64,000 nucleotides of DNA, taken from the NCBI GenBank assembly GCA_904063045.1, contig CAJFCJ010000002.1, positions 1,262,422 to 1,326,421 of the forward strand. The letters are read 5' to 3'. Below, piece by piece: positions 1-13,000 of the stretch. A program made the translations under genes and the position numbers. Under the pieces are notes generated by a model. It had not been told where the DNA came from, did not search any database, and saw nothing but the letters and a program-made list of their open reading frames with translations. Each line of letters opens with the position of its first letter. The first letter of the stretch is position 1. The DNA comes from Dimorphilus gyrociliatus (Eukaryota > Animalia > Annelida).

Positions 1-2
1 AT

Positions 3-557
3 ACCGAATTTGCACCTCAGACTACTAATAGAAAGTTAATTAATCCGGAAGCAGAAGAAATAAGTAAGGAAGAAGAAGAGGAAGAGGATTTGGTTGAAGA
101 AAATGATGAATACGAGGGTTTTGTCTCCGAATCGGAAGATGAATTTGGTCAACCGAGAGAAAATGAATTACCAAAAGTTCGATCGGCTGTTCTCATCCGA
201 AGTAAAGTTCCGTGGGAACATCGCCGCCTGCGAAAAATGTTCGACAGACGGTGTATGTTTCCAATACGTCCTCGCCCTGAATTCAAAGAAATAGAGGAGA
301 ATAATGAAACGGAAGACGTGACCCAAAGAGTTGAAGTTGCTGATTTAAGAGAAAGGATCAATAGAAACGCGCAAGAAAAGACCAAAGAGCCACTGCCTAT
401 AAGAGATAATTCTAGAAACGAGGAAGAAAAAACTATTGAACAGGACGTTCAGGTAAAAAGAGAAACAAAAGACTTGGAAGATGAATTAGACTTTGAAGAG
501 GAATTATTAGGTGACTTTGACTTTACAAAAATGAGCGAAACTCAATCAGTGGATTGA
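3..557 (+). CDS. 3' end of an unidentified acidic (E/D-rich) protein, truncated by the window edge
   Basis: The frame of ORF 90..557 is open back to position 3 (TEFAPQTTNRKLINPEAEE...). Stop at 555-557. No recognisable domain. Confidence 0.7.
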   Translation, partial: TEFAPQTTNRKLINPEAEEISKEEEEEEDLVEENDEYEGFVSESEDEFGQPRENELPKVRSAVLIRSKVPWEHRRLRKMFDRRCMFPIRPRPEFKEIEENNETEDVTQRVEVADLRERINRNAQEKTKEPLPIRDNSRNEEEKTIEQDVQVKRETKDLEDELDFEEELLGDFDFTKMSETQSVD

Positions 558-1558
558 AACGTGATCTAAGCTTCTTATTCGTGCAAGAGATTTTTTTGTT
601 ATAATGTCAATTTATATAAATCTGTACTGTCTTATTTTTACAATATAAACCATACAAAAAAGAAAGAAACAATACCAAATTTTTTTACTAAATGATATAT
701 TGTTTGTGAAGTAAGATCCACGATACGATAAAATAAGGAAAGAAAGAGAAAAGACGGAGACAGACAGAGAGAAAATATTATAAACTATTCCTTATGTTTA
801 AGACTTACAAGATTCATAGTAAAGCTTATTAGTATCTTCGCAAACGAAAAGCATTTAAATCTCATTCTGTTTATAGGATAAAGGTAAGAGGCTTTCGTTT
901 CCTTTATCTCTCATTGGAAGTTTGAATGACGGGCTATTTTCATGTTTCTATTTTTAATTATTTTTCCTTTGTACATATGGGCATAAAAAAAGCTTCTCAT
1001 AAAAAAAATAAAGAATTTATCAGGTAAGAGACGCTAAATTTCCATCGAATTCATTAAATTCTATAAAAGACTTAAAATATGTATAAACAATTTCGTTGTT
1101 TTCATATAATACGAAGAACCTATATTATTCTTACAATGTTTTCAATTAGTAATTACTATTGTTATTGTTACAAATATAAAATATCAACTAATTTACCGTG
1201 GTGTTATTCTAAAAAAAATATCAAAAGGTTAAAAGCGATTTTGTTTTTCCTTTATTAAAAATTCACAAGATTTCTGATGCGAAAATCATTTATGTAATAG
1301 AATTAGAAAAAAGAGATAATTAAAAACCGTATTATACTTTTTTATCAAGGTTTTAATTTGTACTTTTTAATTAATTTTCTTTTTTAAAAGCCTAATTTTT
1401 CATACGTTGTGATGGCAATTGAGAAAATATATAATATACATACTGTATATATATATATATATATATATAACTATAACTGCAAATTTTTAGTTAGAAAGAA
1501 AGATGATAGATAGGTCCTTTAAGATAAAATAACAATTAGAATGGAACGTGTTATTGAA

Positions 1559-2664
1559 CTAAATAAAAGTCTTTAAGGCTTGCACCACTCTAGCGGTAAC
1601 TTCCTCCTGTGATCCGTTGGCGTCAACTTCTATTACGCCAGGATTACTCATACGTCTGTAGGATTCCGCAATCCTATAAAATGGAGGTGATAAAGCATTG
1701 AAGTACTTGAAGATAATATATCTCATTTATACGTACAAATCTATACTGTTTAATAAGTATACGTTATATAAATCAGTATATATATATACTTACATATTTC
1801 TAAAAAGAGAATTTTTAGATATTTGACTCTCCTCCACAGTTATATTGTCGCCATCTCGAGAGTAGATACGTCTTAAACGTTCCTCCTCCGATACCTTTAG
1901 GAATATGACCGCTGTAGGCTTTAGAAGATCTTCGGGCCAGTTGTAAATCTCATCACCAGGTTCGGGAAGTTCTTCCTGCTTTGAAAAGCAGGTTTCCGAA
2001 ATAGTATAAGCGGCAGTACTGTGCCAAAATCTGTGTAAATTGCTCTTCAATTACCGGAAAATTACAACACTGAAGACTCATTTACCTATCCATCACAACG
2101 ACGCGTTCTTGGCAAAGTTGTTGTAGGTAATGGGCCGTTAAATAATTACCAGTCGAATAGTAAGCTCTTTTAAGTTGAGTATCCAGTTTGTCAAAAGTTG
2201 ATCGAATTTCAAGTAAGTTCGGTGGAGGAGTTTGTGCACCTGTTGCATTCAAGTCTTTACACAAACCTTTTACAACGGTTGATTTTCCAGTCCCGTCTAA
2301 GCCCTCAATTACAAAAAATGGATGGGATAATGAAGAAATAGTGGGTTTGTTTCCGAAAGCTTTTTGCGCTAAGTCTAGCAATTTGGACACTCCTATAACT
2401 TCTGAATTCTGAATAAATTAATAACCTCAATTGAACTCTGAATAGAGAACGATTCTTTACAGTATGACATTTTAGGGCTATTTGTAATCATAGTATTGAA
2501 ATGCTATTATTCTGAATTTAACAACAAATACCCTATATATTATTGTTGTTGTTACTGCAGAATAGTTACAAATTGTAGGAACTTACCAGGTGAAGAACTT
2601 CTTTCGTCTTTTCCCAAGATTTACAAACAAGATACTTGGATTCCTGCATGTTCGATCGTCTCAT
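1559..2664 (-). CDS. CMPK2: UMP-CMP kinase 2 (thymidylate-kinase fold), 4 exons
   Basis: Exons 2664-2587, 2408-2086, 2030-1794, 1673-1559 with GT-AG sites in phase. P-loop IEGLDGTGKST; motifs RAYYSTGNY, DRFWHSTAAY, YNWPEDLLKP are typical of CMPK2. Confidence 0.93.
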
Positions 2665-2732
2665 TCTATCAGAGTGTTTCGGAATCTGTTTATACTGTGC
2701 AGTTTGTAAAGAGAGTTTAGAAAGTAATAGCT

Positions 2733-2770
2733 TTCCGGGAATTTTAGTTTCGATTTTCAGAAACTAAACT
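2733..2770. promoter_or_regulatory. Bidirectional promoter cluster: GAS (TTCCGGGAA), kB-like GGGAATTTTA, two opposed IRF/ISRE-like motifs
   Basis: TTCCGGGAA at 2733-2741; GGGAATTTTA at 2737-2746; AGTTTCGATTTTC at 2746-2758; GAAACTAAACT at 2760-2770. All lie between the CMPK2 ATG (2664) and the viperin ATG (2859). Confidence 0.6.
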
Positions 2771-2858
2771 TCCATCACATGATCGAAACAAGAATATTTA
2801 TATATATATGTATATTGTACAAGTTAGTAACTCATTATCTGACAATCACTATCGCACA

Positions 2859-3892
2859 ATGGAATTCTTCAGTATTTTAATACTATTATCACCCATTGGC
2901 TTTTTGTATGTCTTTAAAAGAATATTTCGAAAGGCATACTTAAAATCTAAATCCGACAAAGTTATACCGCTGAGTGTTAACTATCATTTTACTAGGCAGT
3001 GCAATTACAGTTGCGGTTTCTGTTTTCATACTGCAAAAACATCTTACGTACTTCCATTGTCGGAGGCAAAAAAAGGACTACGAATGTTGACTGACGAGGG
3101 TATGGAAAAGATTAATTTTAGTGGTGGAGAGCCGTTCTTAAAAGATAAAGGAAAATATTTGGGCGATTTGGTGAAATTTTGTAAAAGCGATCTGAAAGTT
3201 CCCAGCGTTACTATCGTGTCAAATGGTAGCTTAATTACGGAGGAGTGGTTCCAAGAATATGGCTATTTCTTAGATATATTAGCTATAAGTTGCGATAGTT
3301 TTAATCCTGAAACGAATGATAAAATTGGCCGTCGAGCAGGGAAGAAGTCTCATTTAGACAGTTTAAGGAAAGTTCGAGAATGGTGTATTCAATATGGGGT
3401 TGCTTTCAAAATCAATACAGTCGTAAATACGTATAATAAGGATGAAGATATGACAGAAGAAATATCTGTTCTAAATCCCGTTAGATGGAAAGTTTTTCAA
3501 TGTCTCATTATTGATGGGGAGAACGCAGGTCAAGATGCGTTACGTAACGCTGAGAAATTTGTTTTGAGTCATCAAGAATTTGAAGAGTTTCTCAAGCGTC
3601 ACTCATCAGTAAAGTGTCTTGTTCCAGAGAACAATGACGCGGTTTGTCATTTTAATTTTTTCTCTTAGTCATCATTATATTTTTGTTATTATTTAAACAG
3701 ATGAGAAGCTCTTATCTAATCCTAGATGAATACATGCGATTTTTGGACGGGGCTAAAAAGACTCCTGGAAAGTCTCTACTTGATGTTGGGGTTCAAAATG
3801 CCATAAATCATAGCGATTTTGATGAGAAAATGTTTTTTAAAAGAGGTGGAAAATATATATGGAGCAAGGCAGATCTTAAACTGGAATGGTAG
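2859..3892 (+). CDS. RSAD2: Viperin (radical SAM ddhNTP synthase), 2 exons
   Basis: [18 protein letters not shown] (CxxxCxxC), FSGGEPFL, C-terminal [17 protein letters not shown], hydrophobic N-terminus. Intron 3642-3700 (GT-AG, phase 0). Confidence 0.97.
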
Positions 3893-4261
3893 TAGTAACT
3901 GGAATGCAGTTAACAATTTTATTTGTTTACCTTGAGTTAAAATATCCTAATTTTCTCTTGATACGTAGAATATTTTTTTATCTCTACCTCCAACAAGCTT
4001 TCTGCTAGTTTCTGAAAAATGTAGTTTTGTAAATTTTATTTGATTGTTCTATTAATAACTTTTCTGTTTACGGTGAATAATAATTGACATTCGGATACTA
4101 TAAACTAACTGAACACAATTCGATCACATTTTTTTGGCGCCAGTTTAGTTCCTATGTACTCCAGTAGGTGCCACTGTGTGTATGTTATATTTCGTAACGT
4201 TCTTCAAATCATAACTTTTTGCTTCCTGATTTTTTTCGTGAACACGTTTGCCTAATTGAAA

Positions 4262-4736
4262 ATGTCTCAAAACAATACAATGGTAAATTATGCGAATTTA
4301 GTCCATTGCAAAACAAAAGCCTTCTAAACTCTTGCAGAATGAAATAAAACCATTCGACTATGCCGAAAAACTAAAGGAATGTTCCATTATGGAAGCCGAA
4401 TTGAACGATATTATGGATCAAGTTCGAAATCATACAAGTAAATGTTTTGTTTAATATTATTTTACAGATAAACTAATTATAACTTTATCAGAAAGTAATA
4501 TAGATGTTCAACTTCGGATTGCAAATATAAACACTACAACAATTGCATCTGGCTATAAACTTTTAGATGTTGTTGGTAAACTTGACGAAGAATATGGGCA
4601 TGTAAATGACTTACAAAAGCAGATTTTGAAAACTATGCATTCGTATGAAGGCGAGATGAAGAAAGTTCAAGAAAATCTATTAAAACGCATGGAAAAGCCT
4701 ATGGCTGTTTTAGAGGGCGAAACGGAGGAGTCATAA
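4262..4736 (+). CDS. Small coiled-coil protein, possibly BORCS6/lyspersin-like; 3 exons; absent from the ORF track
   Basis: Exons 4262-4282, 4338-4437, 4468-4736 join in frame (~129 aa). IASGYKLLDVVGKLDEEYGHVNDLQKQI fits my recollection of the BORCS6 C-terminal pattern. Family call unverified. Confidence 0.55.
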
Positions 4737-6770
4737 CATAGCGCCATCTGTAGGGACAATGTTTATTTTTTGTTCTCATCTCCGTTAATAAATCATCAGA
4801 CGCTTTAAAACAGATATACAAATTTAATGTAATAACCCTGAATGGCTTCCTCGAAAAACTAATAATTCAGCTGATAATAATGTAACGCCATCTAGGTGGT
4901 ATGCACTTACGACTGCAAATTGATAAATTCAATACGTATCTCGGGCTTTATTTAATCAGTTGGCAACACAGCGTATAGGGAGAATTGCGGTGTTGCAGTT
5001 GGACAATGCAGCATGGCGTTTGTCGCACTAGCTTCCCAGATTAAATTTGCATTTGCTATGTGAGGCCGCATATCAATGCAGTATAGCGCAAATAAGTGTT
5101 GTATTCGACGCCAATTTTTCACACGCAAAAGCGAACGATTCTGAAATTTCTATTGTGTTTAGTTTTTTTCTACGTTGTATAGAACTAGATTTGAATAATG
5201 TACATGGCGTTAAGTCCCACTGATCGACCACCAGTTCAATAAGAGTGCGTTCATATTGTGCAGACGCCGCATCCATCACCATTAGCCTATTCCCGACTGG
5301 GACGTTTGTTGTCATAGCGACCCGTCCCGAACTGCTCTCTGCTGTAGTAGCATTGCGTTAGGAGAAAAAAAGACAAAATATCGTGACTCAGACGGTGCGC
5401 CTGATCAAAGACGCAATCAATCTGAACGCATTCATAAAATTGCAGTAGCGCAAGTTGCGCACTAACGCTTATACACGCCACGTTCTCGTTTTCTCCAGTA
5501 ATACAGCATTGATTTTGTACTTCCAATAGCAGAAGCTATCGATTCACTTTGTACTAGGCAAAAATTCGTTCCTCCTAGCTTTTTTACTGCCTTAATTAAT
5601 GAACACCTGTAATAGACGGACATTCGATATCGGCCTGGGAATGGCAGCAATTGAAAGAAAGCGAACCGCAAAGATTGATTACAATTCTTAAGCGTGTGGT
5701 CTGAAGGAAATAAGCAATTACAGTGGCGAATATATTCCCAATTGCTGCCGACAAGAAAACTGCATCTAGGCTAAAACAAAGAAGGCGGTAGTTAAACGCG
5801 AGTAAACATTTTGCAGTTGGGTATACGATCAATCAATCTAACGTTTGTACGTAGGCTACCATAACGGCGCTCTTCGCCAGCTGTACCCCATAGCTGCAAT
5901 AAAGGTTAGTGAGATGTTGCGAGAATGTCAACGTTCGACGATGATTAGACTCTCTGTATTCGAATTTCGAGTATATATGTTAAAACTACATAAAAACACA
6001 ACAATGTCGAGATCATTGCTGCAGTAAACTGTACAATTTTATTTCGTAGCTCAATGAGCACGCTAAGCAACGAGCATTCTATATCGAACATATAAATTAA
6101 TTGATTTATAAAATTAAAGAGAAAGATGCTTCGAATGCGCGTTGCCAGGCATACAATTCCCACATATACACATATATAGAGACAGCAGCGCGGAATCACA
6201 GTTTGGGTAGGCGGCAGCAGTCCGTTGAGTATTCGATGGAATGTTCGTTGCAAAATCGATGCTTGTGGAAGAACGTCGAAAAGGCTGCGCTGTGCGAGAA
6301 CGAAGCACACAAGAACTAAACCTTAAAACTGAAAACCGGCCACTGACTCGCACGACGAATTCGAATTTATAAGTTAAGGCAATAATCATAAAATAAACAA
6401 GAGAAAAAACAAACAAATATACTGGCAGTTAAACACACACAACGTTGACTAGTAAGGGGGAGGGCAAAATCGTAACGAGTCTGAATTAATAAAGAAAAAC
6501 GAAGCAAAAAACGCAAAGCGTGAGACAACGAGAGCAGATAATACAAATCCTAATAAATTTCACAACGAAAGACCGGCAAAAAACAAACAAGCACGAAATG
6601 ATTTCAGTGCTGTGCGAATACACAACTAAAACGACGAATATAGTCTTTAAATAGATACGTCTTATAAATAGAAAGCGAGAGAGATAGAGAGGGCCAGAGA
6701 GCAGGATAGGGACAAAGAGAGCGAGATATAAAGAAGACGAAAAAATGAGGCTGAAGAAAAAAAACTTGCG

Positions 6771-8182
<1,412 letters not shown>

Positions 8183-10023
8183 CTACATTTTAGCTTAATG
8201 TTCGATTTGTATGCGACACACTCTGATCAACGCTAACATCAAGCTTTGTACGTCACTATCGTCGAGACGCTGCATTGGGGCGTCCAGCGTCGATATGTAA
8301 ATGAGGTTGCGCGTCAACGTTGACTTTCTATATTGCCTGCAATCAACTTCCTATTTTTCCCTAAAATTGCCCATTTCTTCAATTTCTTTAAAAACAAGCT
8401 TCTTAGCAATTTTCCCCCCTTGAAATAAGAAATATTTCTAATACGTAGGTAATAAAACATGCACCACAACGTACATATTCTTGTACCAGTAGTTTCCATG
8501 GTTACGCTATGTACCCTTGCTCAGCGCACTCTACTTTGTATATAAATGCATGCAGTTTGTCATTTCTGCGAGATGCTTTTTGTGTTGTAGAAGAGATGGG
8601 ATTTTATAAATTATTGCCAAAAAAAATTAATAATTACATACCCATTGACGTTCATTGTTATAGTAGTCCATTCTGCCTTCAAGCTGCAAAAAGAAGATAG
8701 TTTGAATAAAATGTAATATTATAGGGCAGTTATGTAACCAACACAATAAACATTTGGAGACAAGAATATAAGAATGACATTGTGTGTAAGAGTAATAAAA
8801 AGTATACAGATGGAAATCCCCGATATAATAGATACCTGTATATACACATGAAAAAATAAACACCAGGCCTATCAAGCAATCACCTTAATGAGTAGTTTTT
8901 TAATGAAAAAAACGCCATTATCACAACGCCGCCGCCTGCCAGAAAGGACGCTTCCTTTTTTTATCGAGTAACAACACGCCCACGGTAGCTTATCTTATCG
9001 GCAGCCAACTGCAAAATGCCTCTTATTTCAATTACCTTAGTAGTGCAGTAGCACAAGAACTAGACTATAGAAAACCTCAAGTATGTAGGCCTAGCCAATG
9101 GTTAGAACATATCAAAAATAGTCATATAGCAGTTTTATACTTGTATATAGGGTAAATCGAAGAGTACTTTCACCCGTTAGAATTTTATGATTGAGATGTC
9201 TTTCTATATGGGAGTTTTTTGCAAAGAGAACCGGACGAAACAGCAATAATGCATGAAAGAATTCTCGATACATAAAGAAAATGCTTACCTCGAAATATAT
9301 AATTAAAAAATCGGCTTTCTAGTATCGAGCAAATAATAAATCGAGAGAACGATGTAAAAAAGATACCAAAGCCAAATTTTCTTCTAAATTTCTTCCAAGT
9401 GAATATCGTAGAATATTGACTCGGTGCACAAAATTGACAATCAGTTTGCAATCGAACCGAAGATGAGAGTAGACTAAATAAAAGTGTACATAAACAAATA
9501 AACAAACGAAAGAAAAGAGTGAAGAGGAAGGCAGAAAATTCGTCAAACTGCAATATGCCCTTCCTCTCTCTACGCGTTCGTTTTGCAACCAAAAGGAAAA
9601 ATAGCGCGCAAGAACGTTCCTACAGTTTGCCAATACTCCACTTATCATTAAAACTCTCTTAAAAGGACGATACGTACATTAATATTTTATTAATATTACA
9701 ATTAATAATAAGCAAATATTTTTATTTTTAAAATCCGATCAATTAGCGCTAAAATTAGGCCAAATTGCTAGGAACTATTTTTCTGGGCGTAGTGTTATTT
9801 CTAGGAAGAGATAAGTGGACGTTATGCGTCCTCATGTAGGAATTAAAATTCGATTTTATTGAGTAGAACAGTATTCTTTGGTTGGCGACTTGAAATGATA
9901 TTGTTGATTTTAATTACATCAGCCATTTGAAGTTATTTTTTTGGAGTAACAAAAACTCAAATTACTATAAATCGACTATAAAACTATTGACAGCTGACTG
10001 GTGGGCATTGTGGGCCATTGAAT

Positions 10024-13000
10024 ATGGCGGATAAAAACGAATCTGGTAAATTTTTATTTGTTTAATGTCGTATTTTCTCATAAGCCTACAAAATATTCTC
10101 CTCTTTCGCTAACATAATTTTACACAATCATATTAAGCGAATCGATCAGTATCCTTGACAACAGTTTACAGTCTATATTAAAAGAGATGTTTAAGAAATT
10201 GTTATTTCTCTGCGTTATCGCTCACCGCGTGTTTTCGTTTCTTTGGTAACTGATGTAACCGATCGGATGAATGTATTATTTAGAGATAGTTGACATTCAA
10301 TCCCTATTCAATGATTTCAAGTATTTTATTTACGATAATTAAGAATTGTTGTCATGTTTTAAATGGTGAATAGTGACGTTATTTGGTTTGTAAACTGAGA
10401 AGAATTCGATAATTATTGGTTTAAAACTACGTTGCTATTAGGCAAACCGACCATAATATGTTGATATATGCACTCTACTTAAAAGTCTTGCTTCAGGCAG
10501 CGAATCCGAAAGTCAGGAAGAAACAGTCGTAGGCAATCTGCAAAAGTTTGCAGTCACACCCCCAGGATACACAGGAAAACCGAAAAAAGGACATTTGGTA
10601 TTTAACGCATATTTCGAGTCAGGTAGAACAATCTGTTCCTCTATTAGGTCTATCCTATAAATATATATTACTATAGGAAATCTCGGGAGAGTCGATTACA
10701 TCAGCGATATAGAGTATGATCTATTCATCCGTCCTGATACATATAGCCCTCGATTCAGGGTTTGGTTTTACTTTACAGTGGAAAACGTAAAAGCAGATCA
10801 AGTATAACAATACTTGCATAGTATCATTGCAACATTTACATTATATACTATCTTTCAGAGGGTCGTCTTTAACATAGTTAATTTCTCTAAAACAAAATCA
10901 CTCTACAGAGATGGTATGTCACCAGTTGTAATGTCAACTAGCCGACCTAAATGGTAATGGCTTTTCGTTCTTTTCTTTTTCATTCGCACTAAATGTGGTT
11001 ATCTTCGCTTTAATTGAATACAATTATAAAATTAGGGTAAGGATTCCAGCGAAACAAGTTTACTATTATCGATGCCCGGATCATAGGAAAAATTACGTTC
11101 TATCCGTAACTTTTATGTTTGATAAAGAAGACGATGTTTATCATTTTGCATACTGCTATCCTTATGATTATACTCGTCTGCAAAACTATTTGGATGCAGT
11201 AGAACGTAAAAACTACAATTTCTTCAAACGCGAACTGCTTTGTCTGACTGTAGTAAGTAGAAAAGAATTTTTCTCTGAAATGATATACTAAGCCTATAAT
11301 AATTTATATATCGTTGGCACTAAATAGCAAGAGAGACGGGTGGATATTTTAACCATTACTCATCCACGAAATGTCCCGAAAAATGACCAGGAGAAGAAGA
11401 AGGTTATTTTCATAACAGCAAGAATTCATCCAGGCGAAACACCGTCATCCTTCGTCTGCCAAGGTTATTGGCATATAATCTTATAATATGCTCTTATATG
11501 CTGCAACGTCTCTTCTACATTGTTGCAGGTGTTATTGATTTTCTTGTCTCCAGTCATCCAATAGCGAAGAGTCTCCGGGAGCATTTAATATTTAGAATTG
11601 TACCCATGTTAAACCCCGATGGAGTGTATTTGGGAAATTATAGGTGAGCGGATTACACAACTTTTATAATACGCCCAATTGACTAGTTTGAATAGGAGTT
11701 CGTTGCGTAAATAGGTGCTAATTTTCTTGTAAGATTCGATCGAATTATTTCTCCTTAAGTTCGTTTTGCGTAAACACTGAGAACGCTCGAACAATAAAGC
11801 AACTGAGTGACCCATTTAATGATTTTGAAAGATCGAAGTAAATTAGAAAAATGATTATGAACGTATAAAGGAATAAAAACGACGCAAAGCCAGTATTAAA
11901 TCGGGACGCATATTTGCATAGTAAATAAAATAACGACGTCTCAACGCGGTATTATTGCATTACGAGCGTGGAAAAGTATTGCGTATGCGAAGCTGTCGTT
12001 CGTATATCATAAGATAAATATTGGTAAAAATTGCATGCGTTTTCTTTGTTTAGCCGAAAACGGCGATCTGTCATCGTAATGAGACGTCTGTTATGTTAAT
12101 CTTTTGTATCTTAGATGCTCTCTGATGGGTTTCGATTTGAATCGTCATTGGCAAGAACCGTCACCGTGGGCCCAACCCGCTCTTTATGCGACCAAGAATT
12201 TACTTATGAGTTATGACCAAGATAATAACATTGATTTGGATTTCTACATTGATATCCATGCCCATTCTACCCTTATGAGTGGTTTTATGTATGGAAACAC
12301 ATACGACGATGTTTCGAGATGTGAACGACAAGCTATATTCCCCAAACTTCTTTGTCAAAATGCCGAAGATTTCTCAATTCAGAACACAAATTTCAATCGT
12401 GACGCAATGAAGGCAGGGACTGGCAGGCGGTAAGTAGATTTTATAAGAAACTTACCACGTTCGAATAGATGAGACTGGGTAGTACGGGAGTAGTTGGCAT
12501 TTGTAAGGCTGGAGAGGACAGGGTGCTTTGTAGAGTCTGTATAGGTCGAACTGCTGCTGCTGCTGCCCCGTACACGCTGTTCGCGATCTGTAGTTTATAT
12601 ACGTAAACGAACGCGATATTTATTTACTTATCTTTTCCTCATCACCTTTCGACGCCCGAACGAAACCCCCGCGCCATCTCTCGCCAATTATGAACGAGAG
12701 GGTCTATGAATATCAATGCACGGTATCCATGCATTATGGATTAGGCGATTCGTCTGAGTTTTTCTCTTTTTCTTTCTTTCTATTTACAACTATATACAGC
12801 TTACTATATTATTGATGAGCATTGTTTTGTTTGCCACGAGCCTATTCGAGTGTATCGAATGTGTATGAACAAGAACGCGCCAACGGTTATATATATTTGA
12901 AAAAAAAATACCAAGTACAAGCGCATTTTTTCGCCTTATTTACTCACGGTCTAGTCTTTTTTTTGTACACGTCTTTTATCTTCCCTTGTAGCATTAATAG

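Noticed and set aside
5073-6416. Several 60-120 aa ORFs on both strands
   Set aside because: No domain similarity or splice-consistent model; better explained as ELAV 3'UTR.
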